NCBI GenBank assembly: GCA_934091055.1
Contig: CAKOKN010000004.1
Location: forward strand, 2,293 to 66,292
Direction: 5' to 3'
Length of the DNA: 64,000 bases
DNA from: an uncultured Bacilli bacterium
Lineage (GTDB): Bacteria; Bacillota_I; Bacilli_A; RF39; UBA660
The notes under the pieces: model-generated
Told to the model about the DNA's origin: nothing
Databases searched by the model: none
What the model saw: the letters and a program-made list of their open reading frames with translations, nothing else
Program-made: the position numbers and the translations under genes
Part shown: positions 1 through 9,284 of the stretch, piece after piece
Layout: every line of letters begins with the position of its first letter
Numbering within the stretch: position 1 is the first letter of the stretch

Positions 1-753
1 AAAAGAAGAAAACTACTAATACTTCTAGTTCAACTACTAATATTAGCTTTATTTATAATAATTTGGGAACTACTAGCTAAATATAACATCATTAACACAT
101 TCATATCATCATCACCAAGTAGAATAATTAAAACTATCATAGAATTACATAATACTGGCAATCTCTATAAACACATCTGGGTAACAGTATACGAAACAAT
201 AATAAGTTTCAGTATTGGTACCCTATCAGGTATCATAATTGCCATAATACTATGGTGGAATAATTTTATCTATAAAGTAGTAGAACCATATCTAACAATA
301 ATAAACAGTCTACCAAAAGTAGCCCTAGGTCCAATAATAATAATCTTCTTCGGAGCCAACATAAACTCTATTATCATAATGGCTCTCTTAATATCCGTAA
401 TAATAACCATAATAACCGTCTACAACGGCTTTAACGAAATAGACACTAACAAAATAAAACTATTAAAATCATTCAAAGCAAACAAGTATCAAATACTAAA
501 ATTAGCTATCTTACCAAATAGCTATCCCACTATCATAAGCAGTCTAAAAATAAATATAAGTATGTCACTAATAGGTGTCATAATGGGAGAATTCCTAGTA
601 TCAAAAGAAGGCATAGGCTATCTAATTATGTATGGTTCTCAAGTATTTAATTTAAATCTAGTAATGTCTGGTATTATCATCTTAATGATAGTATCTATCT
701 TGATGTATAAAGTAGTAAGCTACATAGAAAAAATACTAATCAAAAAAGATTAG
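1..753 (+). CDS. ABC transporter permease, 5'-partial (TauC/SsuC/NitT-type inner-membrane component)
   Basis: Frame +1 is open from nt 1 (KRRKLLILLVQLLILALFIIIWELLAK...) and runs into listed ORF 379-753, which is therefore only the C-terminal part. It has repeated hydrophobic helices and a permease loop (INSLPKVALGPIIIIFFG). The start lies outside the window. Confidence 0.65.
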   Translation, partial: KRRKLLILLVQLLILALFIIIWELLAKYNIINTFISSSPSRIIKTIIELHNTGNLYKHIWVTVYETIISFSIGTLSGIIIAIILWWNNFIYKVVEPYLTIINSLPKVALGPIIIIFFGANINSIIIMALLISVIITIITVYNGFNEIDTNKIKLLKSFKANKYQILKLAILPNSYPTIISSLKINISMSLIGVIMGEFLVSKEGIGYLIMYGSQVFNLNLVMSGIIILMIVSILMYKVVSYIEKILIKKD

Positions 754-787
754 TGTTTTTATTATACCAAATTACTTATAACTAATT

Positions 788-1399
788 TTAATTATCAAGC
801 TTCTCTAATAAATAAGTATTATATCCTTCATAACGATAACTAGCATCAATCCCCTTCATATAAACCATTCTATTATTAACATCATCAGTTAATGCTGACT
901 GTAACAATAATTTTATCTCTGTATCTTTAATAGGACTTCTTTCCATTGCTAGTAAATAATCTTCCCTTTCTACTTTGCTCCAATCAATAACCTTATTTAA
1001 TTCTTTTTTCAATATCATATCTAACCAAATTCTAGTACTTCTTCCATTACCTTCACGAAAAGGATGTGCCACATTCATTTCAACATATTTCCTAATTATA
1101 TCATCATAAGTCTTCTGGGACATTTCATCTATTTTATGTAAAATATCTTCTAAATATAAAGAAGATGCAAATCTAAAATTACCTTTTGCTATATTATCAC
1201 TTCTAACTTTACCCGCAAAATAATAAATATCATTAAATAAAAAACTATGTATCTTAGAAAGACCTTCAAAAGTTCCAACTTCTATTTCATTTATTTTATT
1301 AGTATCAAATAACTCTAATGCTCTCAACTTAGTAATACGTTCTTCTTCTTTTGATAATTCAACCTCATCAGTAATACCTAATTTATTTTCTAACATCAT
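788..1399 (-). CDS. Fic-domain protein (AMPylase family), class III autoinhibited type
   Basis: HPFREGNGRSTR matches the Fic motif HxFx(D/E)GNGRxxR. The C-terminal SYRYEG matches the inhibitory (S/T)xxxE(G/N) motif. The size is about 200 aa. The second ATG (1396) is an equally possible start. Confidence 0.8.
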   Translation of the reverse strand: MMLENKLGITDEVELSKEEERITKLRALELFDTNKINEIEVGTFEGLSKIHSFLFNDIYYFAGKVRSDNIAKGNFRFASSLYLEDILHKIDEMSQKTYDDIIRKYVEMNVAHPFREGNGRSTRIWLDMILKKELNKVIDWSKVEREDYLLAMERSPIKDTEIKLLLQSALTDDVNNRMVYMKGIDASYRYEGYNTYLLEKLDN

Positions 1400-1540
1400 A
1401 TCACCTCTTTAACTATTAATATTATACCATAAAATTATACTTTTTACCATTATCACATTAACTATTTACAATTTCTTCCCTCACACCATTATTTAGTTAT
1501 ATAGTTCCATCAAAATTAATAAAATTAATTAGGTGATACA

Positions 1541-2623
1541 ATGAAAAAACATAGTAGACTTCTAATAATATCCATAATAATAATCACCCTATTCGGTGCC
1601 CTAATGATCTACTCATCTTCTTCAGTATGGGCTGAATACAAATTTAACGATCAATATAAATATCTAAAATCCCAACTAATATTCCTCGTACTAGGTTACC
1701 TAGTAATGATATTAATAAGTAAATTCCCATATCAAAATTATAAAAAACTATCCAACATAATCTTTCTAGTAACTACTTCTCTCTTAGTACTAGTATTAAT
1801 ACCTGGTATCGGAACAGTAAGAAATGGATCTAGAAGCTGGTTCGGATTAGGAGGCTTCGGTATACAACCATCAGAATTCACTAAACTAAGTCTAATTATC
1901 TTCACAGCAAAATACTTAGAAAATAACGAAAGAGATCTAAAAAGTATCAAAAAAGGTGTTCTCCCAATACTAGGAGTCCTCCTACTAGTATTCGCTCTAA
2001 TTATGTTAGAACCAGACTTTGGAACAGGCATCGTAATAGTTATGACAATAGTAGTACTACTATTTGTAAGTGGTGTAAACCTAAACTTCTTTGTCAAAAT
2101 AGGAATACTAGGTCTTATAGGAGTAGTAGTACTAATAATAATAGCCCCATATAGAACCCAAAGAATAATATCATTCCTAAATCCCTGGAGTGATCCACTA
2201 GGTAGTGGTTTCCAAATAATCCAATCCCTATATGCCATAGGTCCTGGAGGTCTCTTAGGACTAGGTTTAGGAAACTCCATTCAAAAACACTTCTATCTAC
2301 CAGAACCACAAACAGACTTCATCTTCTCCATAATAAGCGAAGAATTCGGCTTTCTAGGAGTACTAATAGTAGCAGTTTTATTTCTAACTATCATAACTAC
2401 AGGCTTCAAAATAGCCACTAAATGTGAAGACAAATTCGGTAAATACCTTGCTTTTGGTATAACCTTCTCTTTAGCCTTTCAAGCAATGCTAAACCTAATG
2501 GTAGTTGTAGGACTAATTCCCGTAACTGGAGTTACCCTCCCCTTCCTCTCTTATGGAGGAAGTAGTCTTCTAATAAGCCTAACAAGTATAGGCATACTAC
2601 TAAACATAAATAAATATAACTAA
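1541..2623 (+). CDS. ftsW: SEDS-family peptidoglycan glycosyltransferase (FtsW/RodA/SpoVE)
   Basis: About 10 TM helices. Family motifs are RNGSRSWFGLGGFGIQPSEF, PEPQTDFIFSIISEEFG and PVTGVTLPFLSYGGSS. RBS is AGGTGA. FtsW, RodA and SpoVE cannot be distinguished from sequence alone. Confidence 0.8.
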   Translation: MKKHSRLLIISIIIITLFGALMIYSSSSVWAEYKFNDQYKYLKSQLIFLVLGYLVMILISKFPYQNYKKLSNIIFLVTTSLLVLVLIPGIGTVRNGSRSWFGLGGFGIQPSEFTKLSLIIFTAKYLENNERDLKSIKKGVLPILGVLLLVFALIMLEPDFGTGIVIVMTIVVLLFVSGVNLNFFVKIGILGLIGVVVLIIIAPYRTQRIISFLNPWSDPLGSGFQIIQSLYAIGPGGLLGLGLGNSIQKHFYLPEPQTDFIFSIISEEFGFLGVLIVAVLFLTIITTGFKIATKCEDKFGKYLAFGITFSLAFQAMLNLMVVVGLIPVTGVTLPFLSYGGSSLLISLTSIGILLNINKYN

Positions 2624-2624
2624 A

Positions 2625-2652
2625 AAATTTAGAGATTACAAGCTCTAAATTT
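2625..2652 (+). terminator. Intrinsic terminator of the SEDS gene
   Basis: A 10-bp stem (AAATTTAGAG / CTCTAAATTT) with an 8-nt loop, followed by CTTTTT. Confidence 0.6.
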
Positions 2653-2653
2653 C

Positions 2654-2706
2654 TTTTTGAAGACAAGAAGGCTTCAAAAACATTTGTAAGACAAAGACTT
2701 ACAAAT
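2654..2706. repeat. Two tandem hairpins, degenerate members of the GAAG-AC..GG-CTTC intergenic hairpin family
   Basis: TTTTTGAAG-acaagaagg-CTTCAAAAA and ATTTGTAAG-acaaaga-CTTACAAAT, in the convergent gap between ftsW and mraY. Confidence 0.5.
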
Positions 2707-2733
2707 AAACAAAAGAAAGAGCTAACACTCTTT

Positions 2734-3726
2734 CTATAACCAAACACCATATATCAAAGCTAACATACTCAAGATAAAGCCCACTATCCAAAATAACTTA
2801 ACAATATCATTCTCTCTCCAACCAAGTCTCTCAAAATGATGATGAATAGGAGTCATCAAGAATACCTTCTTCTTAAGTAACACCACTGAACTAATCTGAA
2901 TAATAACAGTAAGTGTCTCAATAACAAATACTCCTCCTATCAAAACAAGTGACAACTCGTGAGAAGTAAGAATAGCAATAGTAGCCATCGTAGCTCCCAA
3001 AGTCAAGCTACCAGTATCTCCCATAAACACTTTAGCAGGATTAGTATTATAAACCAAAAATCCCATAATAGAACCCACTAATACAAAACAAAAGATACCC
3101 ATATCAGCATTACCTTCAATCCACCAGCTACCCATAGCAATAAGACCAAAAGCCAAGAACGATATCGCAGACAATCCACCAGCCAGTCCATCAAGACCAT
3201 CAGTCAAATTAACCGCATTCGAAGATCCTACTAAAAGGAATAGAATAAACACTCCATAAAACCATCCTAAGTTCCATTCAATTCCTAATGCCGATATCCT
3301 AAGATAAGAATCCCCATCAGTAAACTGCCTAAACAAAACATAAAATACAAGTGCTACAATAAGCTGTAACAAAAGCTTCTGAAACTGCGTAAGCCCCTTA
3401 TTAGCCTTCCTCTTCAAACTTATAAAATCATCCAAAAATCCAATAAGTCCATAAGCCAAAAATACAAAGAGCACTATCACCAAGTTAACAGAATACTCTA
3501 TTTTTCCCGTAAGTAATAAAAAGAGCATTATAGCAAAAGTTGGTAAAATAAATATAAGTCCCCCCATAGTAGGTGTACCAGCTTTCCCTCTGTGAGCCTC
3601 TACATAAACATTTATTCTCTGTCCCGCTTTAAGTTTCTTCAAAAAAGGAATAGCAATAAGTCCAAATATAGTTGCACCAACAAATCCAAGCATTAGTGCA
3701 AATAAAGATTTAGTTAAAGTTAACAT
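2734..3726 (-). CDS. mraY: Phospho-N-acetylmuramoyl-pentapeptide transferase
   Basis: Polytopic membrane protein with NAVNLTDGLDGLAGG, MGDTGSL and PIHHHFE motifs. RBS is GGAGTGA. Confidence 0.93.
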   Translation of the reverse strand: MLTLTKSLFALMLGFVGATIFGLIAIPFLKKLKAGQRINVYVEAHRGKAGTPTMGGLIFILPTFAIMLFLLLTGKIEYSVNLVIVLFVFLAYGLIGFLDDFISLKRKANKGLTQFQKLLLQLIVALVFYVLFRQFTDGDSYLRISALGIEWNLGWFYGVFILFLLVGSSNAVNLTDGLDGLAGGLSAISFLAFGLIAMGSWWIEGNADMGIFCFVLVGSIMGFLVYNTNPAKVFMGDTGSLTLGATMATIAILTSHELSLVLIGGVFVIETLTVIIQISSVVLLKKKVFLMTPIHHHFERLGWRENDIVKLFWIVGFILSMLALIYGVWL

Positions 3727-3905
3727 TATTTCACTCCATTTCTAAGTATATTATAACACATATATTTTAAATAAGTATTATCTTTTAAACTATTTTACAT
3801 CCTACTGTAAAATATTATTCTATACATCTAAGTATATCTATTAATTAATATTAAGTCAAGTATTACTACACTATATATTAATCATTAATTTCATAAATAG
3901 AACCA

Positions 3906-4784
3906 CTATTTATATCTTCTTGTATAAGTTCTAGCTAAAGCAACTTCTCTACTAGTCAAACTATCAATATAATTAGTAGGATTCTCATTCTCAGCATTAG
4001 ATAAGATCTTATTAAAACACTCAAGTAAATTAAAATCAACCCCTATATCATTCAAATAATTTATAAAATCATAAAACTCTGTCAAAGAAACATTATTTAT
4101 TCTTCCATTATATAAATACTTCAATATAACAATAACATAACAATATATATCAGTATTATAATCTACTACATAACTAGTAAAATAACTACTCTCTATATCT
4201 GTCTTATACTTACCATTAACATTATTAAGAAGAGCTGCTGGTGTCAAATACTTCGCAATAGGAGACTTATTACCTGCTATCTTACAACTATCCAAATCAA
4301 CAACATAAATCTCTTTCTGATCTAAATTAACAACAAAATTATCTTCATGTAAATCCCCTATAAAGAAATCTTTTAAAGGCGTATAAGTTCTAATCTTATT
4401 CATCTGCTCTAACACTTGCCCTATTCTCTTTAAATAATACTTCTTCTCTTCAAGATCGATACTACTATCATTTAAAATAGTACTAAGATTACTACCAACA
4501 ACCCTATTCATTGCAAAAGCCTCTACTTCATTATTAATACCCACCAAATAATCAGGCACAATAAAATTATTAGGAATATACTCTTTATTAAAGTTTAAAC
4601 ACTCTAAAGAATATAACTTATTAGCAAAAACAGGTCCATTGGTCTTATTTAATCTCTTTAATACTTTCTTGTCTCCCTTATATTCAAAATCAAATAAAAC
4701 TCCTTCAGCATTAAATATATCCTCTGATAAAACTAATGGCTTTAACTTAGCAAACTCTCTCTTTGATAAATTAATCATCTTCAT
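3906..4784 (-). CDS. Protein-kinase-like fold protein (APH/CotS-type phosphotransferase superfamily), function unknown
   Basis: KKVLKRL is a candidate ATP-binding Lys, GDLHEDNF a catalytic-loop-like D/HxxxxN, and VVDLDS a DFG-equivalent. There is no Gly-rich loop. It lies between the class B PBP and mraY. Confidence 0.4.
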   Translation of the reverse strand: MKMINLSKREFAKLKPLVLSEDIFNAEGVLFDFEYKGDKKVLKRLNKTNGPVFANKLYSLECLNFNKEYIPNNFIVPDYLVGINNEVEAFAMNRVVGSNLSTILNDSSIDLEEKKYYLKRIGQVLEQMNKIRTYTPLKDFFIGDLHEDNFVVNLDQKEIYVVDLDSCKIAGNKSPIAKYLTPAALLNNVNGKYKTDIESSYFTSYVVDYNTDIYCYVIVILKYLYNGRINNVSLTEFYDFINYLNDIGVDFNLLECFNKILSNAENENPTNYIDSLTSREVALARTYTRRYK

Positions 4785-4850
4785 ATAAATTACCCCTCAT
4801 CAATGCCAAATATTATATCACAAAATACACAGTAATGCAATTATTTTCTT

Positions 4851-4904
4851 CTTCTTAAGCCTAAGGTCTTAAGAAGTATAATGAAGCCTAAGGTCTTCAT
4901 TATA
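4851..4904. repeat. Two tandem hairpins with conserved loop (CCTAAGGT on + strand)
   Basis: CTTCTTAAG-cctaaggt-CTTAAGAAG (4851-4876) and TATAATGAAG-cctaaggt-CTTCATTATA (4877-4904), immediately downstream of the PBP gene. Confidence 0.7.
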
Positions 4905-4912
4905 AACACTAT

Positions 4913-6820
4913 TTAATTTAAATACAATCTAACCTTCTCCCCCTCTGCTATTCTACTACCCGCAGCAGGTGATTGATTAATAACATTATCACCACTACCA
5001 CTATATTCAATAGAAAAATTCTTAAGTCTAGAAGAAGCTTCTTTCTTTGTAAGACCAACAACATCTTCTACATTATAATACTTCTTATCATACCATTGAT
5101 ACTTCTTCTCTGTTCCACCACTCTGTTTCTCTATACCCAAAGGAATAATAGCATCAGAAAGTATATTCTTAACAATAGGTGCCGAAACAGTACCACCATA
5201 CTGAGTAACACCCTTAGGATTATCAATAGCCAAATAAACCACTATCTTAGGATCATTAGCAGGCATAAACCCAATAAAAGACACTATATAATTACCTGTC
5301 ATATATATCCCATTATTAACCTTCTGCGCTGTACCAGTTTTACCTCCTACCCTATAACCATCTATATAAGCATTCCTACCAGTACCCAAAGACACAACAG
5401 ACTCCAAAGCCATCCTAACTTTCTCACTAGTATCACTACTAACAATATTATCTCTAACAACAGTCTTATCTATATCCTTAATAATCTGTCCCGTTTCTTT
5501 CTCTACTACCCTCTTAACAATATAAGGCTTATATAAAGTACCTCCATTTATTGCCGCAGATACCGCTGCCACTTGTTGAATAGCAGTCACACTAACTCCC
5601 TGTCCAAACGCCGTAGTAGCAAGTTCAACAGGTCCAACTTTAGATAAATCAAACAAGATACCAGTAGCCTCACCATTCAAATCAATACCAGTCTTCTTAC
5701 CATAACCAAAGTCCCTAATATAACTAAATAAAGTCTCCTTACCAAGTCTATTACCAAGTTCAACAAACCCCGGATTACAAGAATTCTGAACTACCTCAAG
5801 AAAAGTCTGCGCCCCGTGTCCTCCCTTCTTCCAACATTTAATTCTAGCCCCATCAACATTAACAGAACCACCATCATAAAAAGTATCCTTAAGTAAATCA
5901 ACCTTTCCATCATTAATCGCCGCACTAATAGTAAGTATCTTAAAAGTACTACCAGGTTCATAACTAGCCCATATTGCCATATTTCTATTTATAGTCTCAG
6001 TATCATACTTCTGATAACTATTAGGATTAAAATTAGGTCTTGAACTCATACCAAGTATCTGTCCACTATTAGGATCAATAGCTATAGCCCAAGCCCCCTC
6101 TGGATTATATTTTAATACTATATTATCTAATTCCCTTTCTATCGAAGCCTGTATATCATAATTAACAGTCAAGTATATATCAAGTCCATCATCAGGTTCA
6201 ACATACACAGAACTCCTATTTAAATTATTCCCTTTAGCATCACTAAAGTACTGAATAGAGCCAGCTTCACCCGTCAACACATCATCATACTCAAGTTCTA
6301 ATCCACTAAGTCCTTGATTATCTATACCAACATAGCCAAGTACATGTGAAAGCATCTCATTATTAGGATAATATCTCTTAGACTCTTTAAGTAAATAAAC
6401 CCCATCAAAGTTTAAAGCCTCTATCTTATCCGCTACTTCATAAGATAATCTTCTTCCCTCAGGATGTACTCTCTCCATCATAGATTTTTTATATAAATGC
6501 TCTTCTATTTTACTCTTATCTACTCCAAGTATCTCACTAATCTTACTAGCTACTATATCTTTATTCTTAATCTGATTAGGAATAAACACTAACGAAGTAG
6601 TAGTAAGATTACCCGCTACTATCTCCCCATCTATAGTATATATCCTTCCCCTATCAGCCTCTATTGGTAAATTCCTACTCCATACACCAGAAGCCAAAGT
6701 ATTTAACTTCTTATACTGTATAACCTCTATATAAAAAACTTTTAATACTATCAATAAAAAAACAAACATAATTACTATTAACACTATCTTAATTCTCTTA
6801 TGAATATTCTTATTAAACAA
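4913..6820 (-). CDS. Class B penicillin-binding protein with one C-terminal PASTA domain (SpoVD/PBP2B-like)
   Basis: N-terminal TM anchor. Transpeptidase motifs are GSTFK (SxxK), NSCN (SxN) and GGKTGTA (KTG). PASTA-like C-terminus is VEDVVGLTKKEASSRL...VRLYL. TTG start follows GGGGTGA. Confidence 0.88.
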   Translation of the reverse strand: MFNKNIHKRIKIVLIVIMFVFLLIVLKVFYIEVIQYKKLNTLASGVWSRNLPIEADRGRIYTIDGEIVAGNLTTTSLVFIPNQIKNKDIVASKISEILGVDKSKIEEHLYKKSMMERVHPEGRRLSYEVADKIEALNFDGVYLLKESKRYYPNNEMLSHVLGYVGIDNQGLSGLELEYDDVLTGEAGSIQYFSDAKGNNLNRSSVYVEPDDGLDIYLTVNYDIQASIERELDNIVLKYNPEGAWAIAIDPNSGQILGMSSRPNFNPNSYQKYDTETINRNMAIWASYEPGSTFKILTISAAINDGKVDLLKDTFYDGGSVNVDGARIKCWKKGGHGAQTFLEVVQNSCNPGFVELGNRLGKETLFSYIRDFGYGKKTGIDLNGEATGILFDLSKVGPVELATTAFGQGVSVTAIQQVAAVSAAINGGTLYKPYIVKRVVEKETGQIIKDIDKTVVRDNIVSSDTSEKVRMALESVVSLGTGRNAYIDGYRVGGKTGTAQKVNNGIYMTGNYIVSFIGFMPANDPKIVVYLAIDNPKGVTQYGGTVSAPIVKNILSDAIIPLGIEKQSGGTEKKYQWYDKKYYNVEDVVGLTKKEASSRLKNFSIEYSGSGDNVINQSPAAGSRIAEGEKVRLYLN

Positions 6821-6933
6821 AGAGCATCACCCCAATATAGATTATTCCAAGAAAAACTAATAAATTACAATAATAATATATTATATAAAAGAAAAAATTA
6901 CTAATTATAACAATTAGTAATTCTTTTATTTAA

Positions 6934-7179
6934 TTATAAATCAGCCTGCTCTTGATATTGCTTCAAAAGCTCATTCAACACAAGAGGATCTCTCTCTATA
7001 AGTACAGAGATTTCTCCTTGATCATTAACTTCTTTTAACACTTCATATTTATCAGTAGGTTCTTCATTACTATCTAACTGTACTGCTAAAAAGTAATTGT
7101 CTTCATCTAAAGATGCTTTCAGTAACAAACCATAACTAACATTATTAGCTAAAGTTATCATTTCATCTACATTCATCAT
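6934..7179 (-). CDS. Small acidic protein, weakly DUF1292-like
   Basis: 81 aa. Its ATG overlaps the TAA of the upstream gene (TAATG), indicating translational coupling. A terminator hairpin lies at about 6893-6925. Confidence 0.55.
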   Translation of the reverse strand: MMNVDEMITLANNVSYGLLLKASLDEDNYFLAVQLDSNEEPTDKYEVLKEVNDQGEISVLIERDPLVLNELLKQYQEQADL

Positions 7180-9284
7180 TACTTACCTCTTCCTTTATTC
7201 TCTTCTAAACTATCAGTAAAGCTATTAATCTTCTCTTTAAGTAATTCTCTTTCTTCCATACCAAGTTTTAAACTCGTATCAATATCATTGTATAGAATAT
7301 TTAATCTATCTAATAAGAAAGCCTTACCATCTTCATTACTTTTTGGATAAAGAGATATCAATTCATTTATAGCATCATCACACTTATTATATACTGATTT
7401 ATTTTCTTCCTGTTCTACTAGAGAATCCGCTATATCACCAAATCTTTTATTCTCTGTATTAGTATTAACTTGTTCCGAAGCTTTAACTTCTTCTCTATTT
7501 TCTGTATTTACATTAGTTTGTTCTACAGTACTAACTTTTTCATTACTTTCTGTATTAGTCTGCTCTATAGTATTATCTACACTAGATACAGGTTCACTCT
7601 TCTTATTACCTTTCTTTCTAGAAGCTAACATACCAAGACCAGAAACTCCTAAACCACCTGCTCCAAGTATAGCCGCAGTCTTAGATATTGCAGCAACTTT
7701 TGCCACTTGTGCTGTAACAGCTGTTGTAGCAGTCGCAGCTAAATTAGCAAGTTCAGTACCTGCAAAAGTCCAAATACCAGTAGAACTATTAAATAAAGCT
7801 GTTTTACCAGTTAAACTCATAACACTCTTAGCAAGACCCTCATTAGCCAAATGAAGAGCTGCCTTTCCTGCCGCTGAAGCACCGTGCCAAGAAGCCGCAT
7901 TATTTACCATTGTACCAGTAATTGCAGACAACTGTTGTGCTTGTGAAAGTGCCGTAATAGCAGGCATAAGTTGTGCAAAAAGCATTACAACAGCAACTGT
8001 AATAGCAGTAATACCTAAAGCTATAATAATCTTTTTCTTATTTTTCTTAACCCAATTCCAAGCTTTTCTTCCAGCCACTTTAATAGGTTTTTCTTCCTTT
8101 ACTGGAGGAATAGGAGTTAAAGGTATATGCTCCACTAGATCTTTAGGAGGAACTACAGATAAACCTTTCTCCTCATTATTTACTGGAGTATCAGGAACAT
8201 TATCCTTCTTTTGATTATCCTGACCATTTGTATTAGTATTAGTTGTATACGTAGGTCTCCATCTACTATCAAAATTATTAACAGGAGTATTATCTTTAGG
8301 AGGATCTACCAATACAAATCCTTTATCTTCATTATTTGGTTCAACAGTATCAGTCTTTTGTGCTTCTACTTCTGGTGCATCTTTCTTGTCATTATCAAGT
8401 GAAGTTTCTTCTTCTTTCTTATCTTCTTTAGCAGCTTCAACTTTATTATTCATATCATTAATAAAATTCTCATTAATACTATCTATAATTTCAGGAGGTA
8501 ATAATTCCTTAGATTGTTTAATTTCCTTACTTCTTCTTTCAAGTTCTTCTTTTACTTCAGGATGATTATAATTAGGATTAGAATCGTTTAGACTTCTAAG
8601 AGCAGTTATATTCTCAATTACATTCTTATATGCATTAACAACTCTATTATTTTCTTCAAGTTTTGCTTTAGCATTCTCAATATGATTATTAATATTTGCT
8701 TCTTCTCTTAAAAACACCTCTAAAGGAATAGAAGTTTTAGCTTCTTGTAATTCTGAAAGCCTTGCCTCTAAATTATTTATTTCATTATTATATCTATTAA
8801 CTTCATTTTCAAAATAATCAATACCAACTTTATTATTCTCTACATTTTCTTGACTTTGATTATTTACTACTGAAGCATTATTCTGATTTTCCATAATAAA
8901 ACCATTATTTATACTACCAACAATCTCAGAAGGCAATAATTTTTTAGCCTCTTCTATTTCTCTACTTCTTCTTTCAAGTTCTTCTTTTACCTCAGGATGA
9001 TTATAATCTGGATTAGAATCGTTTAGACTTCTAAGAGCATTTATGTTATTAATTATATTGTTATACGCATTGATAACTTTATTATTCTCTTCAATCTTTG
9101 CTCTCGCAGTTTCAATATGATTATTAATATTTGCTTCTTCCCTTAAAAATTCATCTTTTGGCATCACACTATAAGTGAAACTATCAGCATTACCAGAATT
9201 ATGTAAAGTAACAAGTTCTTGCTCTAACTTCGCTATTTCATCAGTATACCTCTTCACTTCGTTTTCATAATAACTAATATCCAT
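7179..9284 (-). CDS. Large coiled-coil membrane protein with an internal ~125-aa duplication; function unknown
   Basis: The ORF runs 7179-9299. The probable start is the second ATG (9284), preceded by GGGAG. Two near-identical segments (about 8895-9281 and 8457-8822) share FLREEANINNHIE..AK.EENN.V.NAY.N.I.NI.ALRSLNDSNP.YNHPEVKEELERRS. Two hydrophobic helices flank an Ala/Thr/Gly-rich stretch of about 95 aa. The tail is acidic with EQTN-type short repeats. Confidence 0.6.
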   Translation of the reverse strand: MDISYYENEVKRYTDEIAKLEQELVTLHNSGNADSFTYSVMPKDEFLREEANINNHIETARAKIEENNKVINAYNNIINNINALRSLNDSNPDYNHPEVKEELERRSREIEEAKKLLPSEIVGSINNGFIMENQNNASVVNNQSQENVENNKVGIDYFENEVNRYNNEINNLEARLSELQEAKTSIPLEVFLREEANINNHIENAKAKLEENNRVVNAYKNVIENITALRSLNDSNPNYNHPEVKEELERRSKEIKQSKELLPPEIIDSINENFINDMNNKVEAAKEDKKEEETSLDNDKKDAPEVEAQKTDTVEPNNEDKGFVLVDPPKDNTPVNNFDSRWRPTYTTNTNTNGQDNQKKDNVPDTPVNNEEKGLSVVPPKDLVEHIPLTPIPPVKEEKPIKVAGRKAWNWVKKNKKKIIIALGITAITVAVVMLFAQLMPAITALSQAQQLSAITGTMVNNAASWHGASAAGKAALHLANEGLAKSVMSLTGKTALFNSSTGIWTFAGTELANLAATATTAVTAQVAKVAAISKTAAILGAGGLGVSGLGMLASRKKGNKKSEPVSSVDNTIEQTNTESNEKVSTVEQTNVNTENREEVKASEQVNTNTENKRFGDIADSLVEQEENKSVYNKCDDAINELISLYPKSNEDGKAFLLDRLNILYNDIDTSLKLGMEERELLKEKINSFTDSLEENKGRGK

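Noticed and set aside
1738-2309. Minus-strand ORFs 1738-2280 and 2115-2309, antisense to the SEDS gene.
   Set aside because: These are shadow ORFs inside a well-supported membrane-protein gene. The composition is Pro/Ser/Ile-rich low-complexity sequence, there is no RBS, and there are no recognisable motifs.
2532-2750. ORF 2532-2750 (-), spanning the ftsW 3' end, the intergenic hairpins and the mraY 3' end.
   Set aside because: It runs through three terminator-type hairpins and overlaps two confident genes. No RBS is present. I treat it as spurious.
4973-5536. ORF 4973-5536 (+), antisense to the PBP gene. The same applies to ORFs 8211-8402, 10106-10360, 10669-10965, 22706-22966, 29029-29280, 38711-38899, 41343-41576, 47979-48338, 50820-51098, 53590-53892, 56852-57073, 60324-60521 and 63015-63398.
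   Set aside because: All lie antisense within, or overlap, strongly supported genes. They encode Ile/Asn/Ser/Leu-rich low-complexity sequence typical of AT-rich shadow frames. They lack Shine-Dalgarno sequences.
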